Below, one piece after another: positions 14,720-28,309 of a DNA stretch of 64,000 bases. The DNA lies in the NCBI RefSeq assembly GCF_009914755.1, contig NC_060928.1; one strand, written 5' to 3'. Origin of the DNA: the human T2T-CHM13v2.0 reference genome, Homo sapiens. The position numbers were made by a program, and so were the translations under genes. The notes beneath the pieces were generated by a model. It was not told the origin of the DNA. It worked only from the letters and a program-made list of their open reading frames with translations, and ran no database searches. Positions within the stretch are counted from its first letter, which is position 1, and each line of letters begins with the position of its first letter.

Positions 14720-17700
14720 TTAATATATACAGATAGCTCTCTCCACCACCATCTCCCTCCAAAAAATGAGCAAATGGCACCAATGGGAAATTCATACAAA
14801 ATGAAATAAATTGCTACTGAACCACTGGGAAAGTAATTTGTTTTCTCTCTCTCTTGCTTTTTGCACTTTGACTTTTTCAGAATATTATTGCAAAGTTCCT
14901 ATACAGGCGATATTAGCTCCCAATTGTTAGAATAGGTTTATATTTAGCTGCTTATTAAATCTTCATTTATCCATAGCATAGCAATTGCTTAAAGAAATTT
15001 ATCTTGGAGAGCTGTTATAAAGCTCCAATGCAGGGATTATAACCAGGACTTTTTCTAATAATAAACCTAAAGGTAGGTGGATATTACCAACTTTATGATT
15101 ACTGATCTAAATACTACATTGCATTAAATACATGATCATTGGCTGGATCTATTTTCATGTCCTCCAAACAAGAAGCGGGGCTGGTCATATGATTGCCATG
15201 CTGAACAGAGGCTTCATATCTGGCACTCAGGGGAAGACCTTAATGAGTTCATGAAGGGTCATGCACCATAATGTCCAAATCACTGATAAGGTTTAATATT
15301 TTCCCTCTGGGGTGGTAATTTGCATTTCAATAAGTAATAAAAGGATTGGGCTAATTAAGGAGAAACCAATCTATAAAGCTAGGACTTCAGGAAAGATTGA
15401 AACCAGTGGGTTAGGTCCTCAGGTGTACAGGAGGCCTTCTACAGCCTCCAAACTGGTTCATGGAAACATGTGCTTACCTGAGCCACACTAGTAAGTAGGT
15501 GGCAACATTGAAGGTTTCTTACACTGACCATTCTATAAGAATAGGAGAAGAGGCCATAGATGCCAATTTATTTTTCTATCATTTAGCTCTCCCTGGTTCT
15601 TTCTCCTCTGAATATTAATCCTACCCCCTATTTTACACTTACACATCTCCTATGGAGAGGGTAAAAGTCATGCCAAATAAATGCTTTATAAAAGTACTTA
15701 GTTCTTTGTTGATAAGCCCAAATTGATTATTTTTAGATGAGCAAGTTATGAGAAAAATTTTATATGTCCTAGCCAATGTCTGCTTGATAAAGAGAGGTGA
15801 GCAAAAAATAGTGATAGAGGTACAAATCGAACAAATTTTTTTAGCCTTTACAGTAATAACAATATATGAAAACAAAATATAGTTTGGCTTAGAGTATAAA
15901 TCACATAATGTTTCCAAATAAAGTCTGTTCAATGAAGACCTTTAGTGATCTCGCTGAGGCACGTGGAGTAAACATGAGTGCTAGATATTTCTACTTTGCT
16001 TTCAGACACATTCCTGCTGATAACCCAAGTTTCAGCTGAAACTTGACCTCTGACAGAGCACTTAGGTGATCAATATCAGTAGTTTAGAACTAAACTTACC
16101 CTTTAGTAAATCATCACTGCAGTTTCTAGACCATTTATTGTATTCTTCTGTGATTCTTCTGCTGCAAACATAGTATAGAATATTTTAACTGATATCTATT
16201 TGGTCAGAAATAATAAATAGTATGAGGCACTCTCTTAAACAGAATAAAATTTTTAGAATAAGTCAAGATATTGATTTGGTCTCCACTCTCCACATGACTT
16301 ATAGAAATCTGAGTCTAGCAATTAAAGTGTAAGGATTGTTTATTAGACATTGGATCTAACTTTAGAATATAGTTTTTGTTTTATTTTGCCAGAGAGGACA
16401 TATTTTCTGATTTTCATAGAAATATGAAAAAGAGAAAAATAGTTATATATATAATTCATAATTTATATGCATACATAAGTATATATAAACAGTAAAACAT
16501 ATTTATGGAAATACATATACACACATAAATCATAAGAGCATTCACATTAAAAGTTACTCATTCAGCCACATATATAATGTAATTTCTGCCCTTTGCATTT
16601 TGCTACTGATAAGGAATAAATATAGTTGGTATGATGTGGTGGAAAGTGTTTTATACTGAGTCAGAAGATCTCAATTCATATAGGCACAGAGAATCTTTTA
16701 TGTTCTCATCTCTAAAAGTAGTTCAAATTGAACTGTGATTTCAGAGGCCCCTGGACTCTAATATACTATATAATCTGGCATTTGCATAGCTCTATATGTA
16801 AAGAAAAGTCAATCTAATTTAAACAGTTCCAACTGATCATTACACTTGTAGGGAATGAAATGCGTATTTTATCAGCATTGAAATAATATTTAGGGACTAA
16901 AAAATAATTATTAAATTAGAAGAAAATTTCTTCTGAAAACAGCCTGCACTCATGCAAAGTGATAAGACTTTATGATTAAACCTACAAAAAATACATGATA
17001 AATGTATAAATGTTTAATGGAAAGAGAAACTAGAAATCAAGCAGGCAATTGGGTTATAGAAATGGGCTTCTAAGGTTCACTTTTTGTCTTAATATTTTTT
17101 TCATTATACCATTTTAATTTTTATCCTGAATTTTAAAAAGGCCAAAGATCAGAGTACTTGGTAACTGTTATATAGCACATTTTGCTTGAAAATATTTGTG
17201 GATTGGTCATCCAAGGAACATCTTGAAAACCATTCAGTTTGGAAAGTAATTTTTTACTGTTAAAAAAATCTGGTTGTATCCTTTCATGTAGACACATAAG
17301 TATGTATTTTCTTTCCCAAGAATTTGAGTAGATTTGTAAGAGCTGATGATTGATACCCCATAGAGAACTCTATCATTTTGAGTGGACTCAGATTGCCCCA
17401 GACCCTCTGCCTGCCTAGGGAATAACATCCTAGAAATTTGTCTGAATTTGTAGAGACTGCTTGAACCTGGCTAAACCAGTGACTCCTCTTTCCCCTCAGT
17501 CTAGTCTCTGTGAATATTGTACAGGGAGAGATACATTTTGGAACAGTAAATGAGAATGCACTATGTTTAATTAGTTTATACGTCAACATACTTTTTTTTT
17601 TGGGAGAAAATGTTTTGTGAGCTCTTGAAAATGTTGACAGAGATGTTGCCAGTTACACATAAAATGAAAAAAATGCAAACTTCATAAGGCAGTTTTCTGG

Positions 17701-19949
17701 TGACTATAATAAGTTTTACACCATCTGTATGAAATTTATAATTTGAGACCTGAAGAATAGAGAACTTAAGATGAAACCCCTAAGTTTTGCCCAGTATTTG
17801 CTCAGAATTATTAATTGGTCCAGGTTTGGCATCCCAGTAAAGTTTGCATGAAACTTAACTAGGGCTAGCTAAAAACTTGGCATTTGTCCTTGGAAAAAAA
17901 TCATCTTGAGTTTACTTAAAGGTCTGTGAACCTCAGCAAACCTCTCAGTGACCCTTTCTACAGTGTGGTGGTTTCTAGTGATATCTGAAACCAGGAATGT
18001 TTTGTGAAGGGTTTAGGTTTCATTTGGAAAGCCATATCTAATCCTAGGTACTGCCTAATGAATTAAGAGGCTGGTCGTCCTTGAATCCTCATAAAGGCAG
18101 GGCTGTGCATAAAATCCATGAGTTTTACTACAGAGTAAAATTACACCTTTTAATTAGTCATTTAAAAATACCTTGTGTGTATTTCTAGTGTTTTTTCTGT
18201 GTGTAATCTATTTATTCTACTATCACTGTTATCTGAAGCAGGCATGCATTGAGTCTACCATTTGAAACGACAGCACAATTTGTTAAATACAAATAATTAT
18301 TATAATAGGTAACTATTTTATACATATTATACATTCTAAAAATGTTTCATATATTTTGCAAGCAAAGACAATCCTAAGAATAACAAGCTTTGACCATGTA
18401 GGGCTAGGGAAAGTAACTACTTTCCAAATAACAACTAACTGGTTGGTCTTTGGGGTATTGAGTTGGGCACTGGTGCATTGAGCTTTCTCTTTCTCCCTTT
18501 CTCCCATACCATGACTCACACTGGCCCGGATATATATACAATTGCATATGGAATGATGCATTTTCCCTAAAATGGGGAAAATGAGACAGTGGGCATTAGC
18601 ATTAGAAAACAAAAACAATTACAAAAGAAATTTAAAACATAAAACCTAGAGCTGATTTTCAAGGAAGGCATGCATTATTTTTAAAATGGGTAATGGATAC
18701 AAATTGCAATAACACTCTTTATTTTCCTCTTTAAATTCTCTTTTGAGGCTTTTTTGGCCTGAATAAATTTTAAATTTTTTTTGTTCTAAGTATTTGTTGC
18801 CCGTATTTTTTTTTTTTTACTGTATTTATATCTCAAATTCTTAGTTAAAACACCTGAGATGTTCTGACATCCTTTATGCTTCTAAATCTGTTTAGTCATT
18901 ATTATTTAAGGGCCTGTTTCCATTTTAGGAATCAAGTTAAAACATTTTAGGAAACATAATAAAAAAATTCTTAAGAAAATATGTGTACATATATTTCTTT
19001 CAGTATTTTGAGCCATGTTCCAACCATAGAGAGAAAATGATATTTACATTAAGAACTGATTCTGATTACCAGGGATTTAAGGACAACCTCTGTTGGGGTC
19101 AAAAGAGAAAATGAAATCCTAGTGGGGTAAGAAATAGCCTCCAACTTTGATATATAGGCTCTAGTAGCTTCTTTTCTACTGATTGTTTTTGATCCTGCAT
19201 AGCCACGCACAGTCAATTGCTTACTTTTTTTATTTGAAGCTTTTAACAATAAAAATAAATTTGTCAATTGATATCTTATGAGATATGCTCCATATTTACA
19301 CAAAGTACTTTCCACTTGGATGACATTTCTGTGGACACACTTACCAGGGAAACATGTCCAATTTTAGTAGGTCCAATTAGACTTTCATTTTTGACTCATG
19401 AGACTTCATGTGCAAATAGATGTCAATATTACCAGTCACATAGGTATTCCTGACAGATATGACCCTGACTACAATTTGTATTACATATCTTTTTATTATC
19501 ATAGGCAGCAGAAGGAAAATTTTCAAGGACAAGGACACATCTTTGTGCCCTTTTCAATTATAAGGCAGTTATTAACAAAGGTGAGCACATAATCAAGTAA
19601 AAGGAATGCAATGCGTGAGCTTTGGACCATGCAGTACCCCAATAGATAGATGCCTGGAGGTAGGTTATGCCATGTTTTTGCCAGTGATCTTATACTTCAA
19701 CTGCCATTATGGTTACAGATCTTTCTAAACCACCTCTGAACTATGACTTATATATTTCAGGTCTTTTAATAGGCGGTTAGCTTTTGGGGGGCTTGTCACA
19801 TAAGTTCCAAATTTTCTTATAACATCTTAGTTGTATTCTATGTCTTAGTAAATCAGTGACTTATGATTTTACTTCTCACCGGTTTTGTTGTCAAGGCAAA
19901 TGTCTTGTCCTTATACACAAAAGTCATCAGTCTGCCTCTGTCTGCCATT

Positions 19950-20240
19950 GGTTTTTCATCCCCACTCCACTGCTACCTCCTCATAAAGACACTCACATGA
20001 ATTACTAGTTTCATGCATTTTTATACTTTACATAATTCTCACAACATAGTATTTCTATACATCCTAGTCATTAATAGGTTGTATGAGGTCACTGTTTCTA
20101 TCCCAAAGTTGCCTTTCTTTATTCTATTCATTCTTTATTCTCTTCAACATCTTGTTTATAAGCTGTCTGTTCATACCTGTCTACTTTTGTAGAGTGTGGT
20201 TAATTGATATAAATTATAATATCGAGCTACATTTTGCTAA
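19950..20240 (-). mobile_element. Possible L1ME 3' fragment
   Basis: Degenerate T-rich motifs ('tttcatgcatttttatacttt', 'tctcttcaacatcttgttt'). Confidence 0.35.
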
Positions 20241-20954
20241 TAGACAAAGTTATTTCCCTCGAAATAATTTTATTGTAGGATGTTAAGTCATTTGCAGGAA
20301 TGGAAAGTTTGTTTTCTGAAGAAAGCATAAGAAGATGATGAAATATGATGAGATATTTTATGGAAAACAGACAAGCTCTTTTAACTTGTTTTTGATGAAA
20401 ATGGTAACTTATCTCAACAAAGAGTAGATTAAGCTTGTCAAAATGTCAAAGTCAATCACGTTATCATTACCTCTTCAGTCACTATCAGAAGTGATTTCAT
20501 TTCAGGAAAAAAAAATGAAAAAGCATTCTTTGGCCAATATGCTGTCATTAAACTATCCAAAGAATTTTTTTCTTTTTTCATTATTTCTTGCAAGAAAATT
20601 TACTTCTCCTTAATACAAGTTGTCATCTTTCTTCCTTTGACTATATAGAATCAGAAACACGGTTGATAAAGGAAATCAAGATCACTGTAATTATAAGATC
20701 TACAGATAGATTTTCTTAAGGCAGAATGTTTATGTATAATTCCAGGACAGCGCTAACATGAGATGTTGCACAAAGAAGCTTGACTTTGGGATAGTTTGCC
20801 TAGTGGGTTCTATGTATTTATGGTTAATTTTGAAGTGTTACTTTTCTGCATTTCCTAGAACCTGGAAATGAGTAACTTAGGAAGTCTTTTCTGTTTCTAT
20901 TCAGTTTGTTTCCTCTTGTTCCAGAGGATTTTGTGATATAAGAGCAGGTGAAGT

Positions 20955-21180
20955 ATATAACTTACTAAGCACATCTAGGTGGAAAGCAGAGTCTAGGAAG
21001 CTTGTCATACACTTTATCACTTAATTCACACAGCAGTCTCTTGAGATAGGCACTGTTATTTTTCTCATTCCCCTTTTAGAGATAAAGAAACTGATATACC
21101 CAGAGTTTAAGTAGCTTGCTTATGGAGATACAATTCGTAAGTTTCAGAACAAGAATTGAAATTTAAGTCTTTAGGATTTC
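20955..21180 (-). mobile_element. MIR
   Basis: 'gagataggcactgttatt...ttttagagataaagaaactga...gtttaagtagcttgc'. Confidence 0.75.
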
Positions 21181-21187
21181 ACACAAA

Positions 21188-21450
21188 TGTAGCACCAAGG
21201 AGCATGGGCTCTGGAGCTGTACTCTTGGATTAAAAATCAAGGATATCAAAACATCATGTTACCCATTTGAAATATGTACAATTAAAATAAAAACATCCAG
21301 CCCTTTAAGATTTGATTATTGTGTCACTTTGGGTAAATTACTTAAATTTTCTGTGTATCAGCATCCTCAAATGGAAATAATAATTATTTAACACATGCAA
21401 AGGATTTAGGACTTAACACATGGGAAATGTTTAATAAATATTAATTGCTA
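21188..21450 (+). mobile_element. MIR interrupted by a ~60 bp insert
   Basis: 'gagcatgggctctggagc...ctttgggtaaattacttaa...aaatgtttaataaatatta'. Confidence 0.7.
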
Positions 21451-24400
21451 AAATCTCTTCAAAGCTTTTTGTTATGTATTCAATATGCTGATCATATAAA
21501 TTATATATATAAGTACAAATTCAGACTTTTATATTTGAAATATTTCAACACTGACTTTATTATATTCTAGACGTAATACATGTCTTACCTTTTTATGCTG
21601 AATAAGAGAATGCTATGCTTTCTTTGAAAACATAAAATGTCACTTTTCCATACAGGATGCAAATGCTTTATTTCAAAAGGCCAAATCTAAAGGTGCTGTC
21701 TTACTTGATTCATTTGGGCCTATTTTAATGAGGACTGCTTTGCTATACAAACTAAATTGCTTTAAGGAGGATCTTTTTCTGGAAGCATATTATCATCTTG
21801 GCATTTTATGTCTGTTCAAGAGGGCCTAATTTATGCTCACACAGCAGGGTGCTTCCTTCACTGCAATTGGGCTTCTTTTAGCTTCTTTTCTTCTGTATAG
21901 AATAGGACTTTGGTAGGAAGAAGGAGAAAAGCAAGACCAGACAATGTCATGGCACAGATAGTATCATGACAAAGGATAAGCAGGTCTACAGGAATGTGGG
22001 CATGCATGCAAGTTCAAGAGAATCTGATCATATAACTCAAAGATAGGTTGCTGATGGTTACTCTCCCAAAGCAATTCAACTTACTTGAACAGTTAAGACT
22101 ATGGGATCTCAATAACCACGAGTAATCAATATTGTATGGAATTTGGTAGAATTCAGAATCTCCATCCAAGTCTTTGCTTCAAAACATTCTCAGAAATAGC
22201 AGCTATCCTGTATAGCTGAGCAAAAAGAGTTTGTGAGCAGATAGGAGATTTATCTGAGGTTCTGCACCTTATTAGTTTTAGTGGTAAAATCATGGATTCT
22301 AGAACTAAAATCTTTTCATTATAAATCCCCCCTCTGATAGATATTACGATGCTTATAATCACTACCCAATAACCCAGTGTGTATGAGTGATTAGCATTCT
22401 GTGATGAAGAACATTCAGGGAAGATTCACAGGGTCACCAGTCCATGGGCTGGCACTGAGGATAAACAGACCATTATAAAGGACAGAGTTCATAGAAGTAA
22501 TTTGCCTTTTTGTACTATAAGAGCTATTTGCATTAGGAAGATCAAAGTTAAAATACATTAGCAGCAATTTGAAAGACAGAATGAACATGTAAGAAAACAG
22601 TATGGAGACATATATGGCTAGAGTTGGAATGTACCTTGATAAGTGCTTAGAGAAATTAAGGCGGAAGAAGTAGGTGGCTTTCTTTGCTAACTTCTTGTGC
22701 CTCCTGTCTTCTGGTTGCTACTGCTGTTTCCTACAGGGGGACATAGAGAAACACTGGTAGAATGGATAAGCCATGACTTAACTATGTCATTTGACAAGTA
22801 GTATACATGTCCTTAAAAATTAACAAGATTTATTTTCTTGTGCACTTAAGTCCAGATGCAATAGGGTGAAAGTATGTGTAAAGTTTGCCAACCACTGAAA
22901 GCAAAATAAACTACCAAACAACCCATGTAACTCAGGAGCACAGCAAGAAAAGATCCAAGGGAGTTTAGGAAAGTGAATGAAAAGGAATATAATGATTTAT
23001 CAAACATGTTACGACCCAACATAGTTAATGGGAATAATAACACATTTTCATATAATGCCTCCTCTGAGCTCAAGACTTGGTGGCAGATGGAATACTTCCA
23101 TTGTTCCCTTATCTCTTTTCTGTCCTCTCTCTAACTTACAAAATAAAAGCATTTATGAACAAGGAAAAAACCTGTAGGGAAAATGTCCACTCATACAGCC
23201 AGATAGCCACAGTTGCTGCTAACCATGCACGTTTCACAGCTTGGTGCTTGGCTCTGCAGCTGCCAAGTATTATCTCAAGAGTAACTATAAACACTGTTGG
23301 CCCGAGTGGTGTAAGGGATCCAGAAGGCTGACAGAGTCCATGAACTGATTGCCAGCAAGGGATGGGGACATGCCAAATTGTGATTGAATTACACCCGTGT
23401 GACACTTCCTACTGTAATCACACCCTCCTTTCACAGAGGCCAGGCTGAGACTAGAAAAGCAACTACTGTGAGTCAATGTCATTAGAGATGGATGGATTTG
23501 GTGTCGACCCCAGCTCAGCAGTTGTTGTGAGAGCTGGGTCAGGGATATGTGTGCTCCAAGAGGGACTTGCCTGAAAGGGCTAAGTGAACAGATGGAAGAA
23601 AGACAAATGTTTTTACAGAAATGTGCCCCGTGCTAAATAATGAGTTGATTTTAATGAGCTATAGCAGGAATCAAATGCTTTTAAAAATAAGGGTTTTGGA
23701 AAGTCTCACTGGACAGGGCACACAGAAAGCAATACAGGGAGGGGATGGCTTGGATTTTTTTTTTTTTAAACTTGACCAATATATGAATGGAAGATCTTAT
23801 GTTCAAGATGTTTCCATGTAATCATCTTTCAAGTATTTTTAGTATATGTACTCTCAAAGCTTCATTCCCTTTTCCTCTAATTTCCTCCTTCAATTTAGTT
23901 CAGTTGTAGTTTTCTAATACTGGGCCTGATGTCATTAAACCAGAGTACTCCCTGAGCTATCAAGTGTGTACCCAGCAGTGTGCATCGCAGTAGTATACAA
24001 GGACTAACATTGAATTATATTCAACTTTAGCATCAACCATGAATTAACTCTTGCTTTCAAAAGGTAGGTTGGTTATGTCAGGAAGTGAAAGTACAAAAAG
24101 CAAAGAAATAGAATCTTTCAATTACAGAAGAAGTTGCTCTTGCATTGGTCTTGCTTCTTAGCAAAATTCTGTGTTTCTCATTTTAAAACTCTTTTTTTCA
24201 CCTTTATTTCCTTGTTACTTTCTGTTGTTTCTTTTTGTAATGCTATTGTAGATACATACAAATACAACTACCAGCATTTTGCTAGGAAGATAGACAACCA
24301 GCTTGTGCTAGGAAAAAGGTGTCTACAGAAATGAATAGTTGCATATTTAATTGAAAGACATCTTAATAATTACACTAACAATGACAGAAAATAAACTACA

Positions 24401-24524
24401 AACAAAGGCATTTAAAAAAAAGAGGCAAATATTCAAACAGTGAATGTGAGAAATGGTCAGTGGGAGGTCGAAAGGCAGCAGCATAGTCTAAAGGTAAAAA
24501 AAATCCAGCTTGGACCCAAATGTA

Positions 24525-25235
24525 TGTTAGTTACGGTAGATAGCTAGTCACACATGAACAGGGCAGGAGACCCTCCACCCCCCAACTAGGAATGTCAGGT
24601 GACCACTGGGTGATGGTTAGGAGGTTGTTAACTGTCTCTCTAAAAAAATAATTGGTAGTAGCTGGCTCCAGGGAAAGGCAGGCTCCCAATATATATGAAA
24701 CACCTGAAACTAATGATCAGTAGCTTCCTGATAAGATCTCAGGAGTTGGGCAAGTGGTCTCACACATGCGCATTAACAGGCAAAGTGGCAGAGTTTAACT
24801 GGTGCCTGACCTCCTAGGGACATTTGGCTGGTAAAGGAAGAACTTCTCAAGTGAGTATGCATACAACTCCAGTAAATACACTGCGCATGCTCCCCTCCCA
24901 AGTGCTGGCAGGCCACTGTGCGTGAGGACAGCCCACCCCCGGGGTAGAATCAGGAGAGAAGGAACACAAGAGACCCCGGAAGTATACCAGCGTATAAAAC
25001 CTCAAGTCAAAAGGTCAAACCACACACTTGATCTCTCAAGTTGCCCACTTGGCCCTCATTCAAGTGTACTCTTCTTTCTTTTTATTCCTGCTCTAAAGCC
25101 TTTTAATCAACTTTTACTCCTGCTCTAAAACTTGCCTTAGTCTCTTCTGCCTTATGGCCCTCAGTCGAATTCTTTTTTCTGAGGAGGCAAGAATTCAGGT
25201 TGTTGCAGACCCATATGGATTTGCTGCTAGTAACA
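24525..25235 (+). mobile_element. ERV1 solo LTR (MER50-like)
   Basis: 'tagctagtcacacatgaacagggcaggaga...aggaatgtcaggtgacca...' ending 'gctgctagtaaca'; TATAAAA at 24993. Confidence 0.85.
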
Positions 25236-26024
25236 ATTATGGGGCATACATTTGGAGGTTTTCTGTTTATTTATTTATGTTCATTAGGTAACATATTTAT
25301 GATGTTTGTGTGAAGCTTAATCAAATTCCAAGTTAAATGACCTTTTATTCTATTACCATTTTATGAGAGATTTGAATTTGTAACCTCTCATTCATTGGTC
25401 CCAGTAAGAATTCTGATAAACCCAGTGGGATAAATCCATATTTTTCAGAGTATGGTTTACAGACTAGCTGTCCGTCACAGGGCAAGTACAGAAATTGAGA
25501 GTATGTGGTTAGAAACATTTAGAGCAATTTGAGTCATTTTATGTCTGCTGAATCAGATGACAAATAATTTGGGCTTATGTTTAGTGTGTCTAATTTTTCA
25601 GAAGTTCATTTTTATAATATTTACAATATTATCAATCCATGAAGAATAGGGAATTGTTAAAATGTTCTCTACCATAGTCCCTTGCATAATACTAACTTAA
25701 TAAGACTTTATTCTGACTGTGCGTTCCACAATTATTTGTGCATGTATGCATGCTTCAAAGGCCAGTGTTTACAGAAGAAAACCAAAATGAAATTTCTCAA
25801 GTCATCCCTTAGGAGAGGCTTTAAAACACACAATATCTATTTCCCAAATCTGACTGCTAAGAAAGCTCAACTGTGTTGGGGGAAAATATTAAACAAGAGG
25901 GTCTAAGAGAGTGGTCAATACTTAATGATACATACAACTACCTATGTGGAAACCTTCATCTTATGACTTGTATGCACCAGGGAAGAACACTTTATGTCAT
26001 GGAGCAGAGTGGAGCTTCCTTTTA

Positions 26025-26192
<168 letters not shown>

Positions 26193-26856
26193 TAGATATT
26201 GTTAATACACAGTGGATACTCTTGTTTTCTGGTAAAAATTGGCTTCTGTTTTAGCAATTCCATAAAAATCTTTTAGTATTGTCACTTTCTTCCCTCTTCA
26301 ATTTTTTTTCTTCCTCTTTTCTGTACTTTCCTTGTCATTTCCTTCCTTTTCTGTATTTGTGCTGAGTTGTTGGGAGTTGAAGAATTAGGGACTTAAATTT
26401 TTGTTATGTACTAGAAATAGATTAGGAATAGATTACCACTTGCTAAAGATGTCATAGGTGATACATAGTTTTACATTTGTAGGTTTACAACTATGGATTA
26501 ATATGTTTTAATATTTTCCAATTCACTGAAAACCAAACCTAACTCTTATGTGGAAACAGTGTCAGTCCTTTGGAAATCCTCTGGAGGAGTATTTGTATAT
26601 GCCTACAATAATGTTATGAAAAGAAACTTAATAGAATGTAACAAGATAAGGTGAGAAAATTAGTTTTTTAAATAAGAGCCACTTAATTTCAAGTTAATTA
26701 AAGGGCATACAGGAACCTTATCTATTTTGGCATATAGATTTGTAAATGTGAGGTCTTGGTTCTTCTGTTTTGTCCAGACTGAGTATGTTGACCTTTGCAG
26801 GCACACTTTTAATTTCTGGTCAAACAAGTTTTTCTGTTTATGTTGAAATTACCTCC

Positions 26857-27010
26857 AGCAGTTGTTCTTAGGCCAGGCTAATTATCAGAATCACCTGGGG
26901 AGTTACCATATAAAAATCTCCGGAGGTAAGAGCTGGGAATTTTTAAACTCCATAATCCCTAAAATCCTACACAGGTGATTTTGATGAATAGTCAAGTTTG
27001 GAAGCATTTG
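26857..27010. mobile_element. MER5A (hAT-Charlie MITE)
   Basis: 'atcagaatcacctgggga' ... 'caggtgattttgatg...aagtttggaagca' internal palindrome. Confidence 0.75.
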
Positions 27011-28309
27011 TCTGGAGGCAAAAGTCCCCAAAGAGATAAAAATGAATTTAACATTTTTATAAGCATCCTAGTACAAAAGAGGAAGTTCCATTGTTACTGG
27101 AAGTTCTACAGTATCTTCTTAAAACATTGGGTAGGTATTCTGAATGTGGACCCTTCAGTTATAATCTCCTTAAGGATGAGGACACAATTTCCTTCCATTG
27201 TATTCTTCACATGGTTATTACATTCCACTGAGATGAGACATTCATTTAACTCTGCTGAGCAATTTGACATTCCCAAGAGAAAACGTGGCTAAAAAAGAAA
27301 TAGAACATTCACTAACTCATGTGCTTTACTTGGAAGACATCCACCTCCAGAGAAAAATGATCAAACTCACACAAGTAGTATTTCCAAGTGCTGATACACA
27401 ACTGTCATTATTTAAAAGGCAGACTCACTGCTGCTGAATTCCACGTGGACAATCGTAGCTAATTGAGGCAGTTATTTTAAGAATATTTCATAATTTCTAA
27501 AGCAGCCATAATTTTATTTAATGTTTTGTTTGACAAATATAGCTTTACAGGCTCTATTGTTCCAATTAAAACAATATTAGACTAAACAATTAAAATGTTT
27601 TCATTATAAATTTTTATCATAAATGCTTATAATGACAATGATTACAGTGCTGAGTTTTTTTATATTGAGTAATTAACAATAGTGTTCCATCATTTAAGAA
27701 AACCTTATTTCAACATATTAGGCCCAACTTAAGGGCATCGATAAAGATGAAATAAATTGTATTGCCATTAAAAACACTGAAAAATGCCAGATAGTCATTT
27801 AGTTATATTTTACAACTTTCTTCTTTTTATATCTTTCTAGAATTATACTGTTATAGTCACTTTGATCTGTTGTTCCTGTTCCTAACTTATCAGATTAATC
27901 AATTCTCAAAGATTTGTAGAATGATAAATCAGATCACACCCTGCTCCAAACCAGTCTTTGGGCTATTTTAGCATTTATGCATCTAAATGTTAACCCCGTT
28001 ACTTAGTTTAAGTGACACATCCATATTCCCTACGAACAGCTTATTTAAAATACCTGACTGATTATACCAAAGATTTCCCAACTCATAATTTTGCCTTGAG
28101 TGTAATAGTTTCTTTTTTTCTTATTGTGCATTTTAGGTGTTTGTTCCAGGCAATACATTATCCTACCTAATCTCCATGTTTAGATCTTTTTTTCTCATGC
28201 CTTGAAATTACCTGCCTCATGACTCATCATGTTAACTGAGTAATCAACTTCCTCGGTGTAATGTAGTCTTTGGACAAGAGTTGAAGGGCTATGACATCCA
28301 ATTAATATA

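Noticed and set aside
20925-20947. Strong acceptor followed by CAG|gtgaag
   Set aside because: Only 23 nt with a mediocre donor; no supporting context
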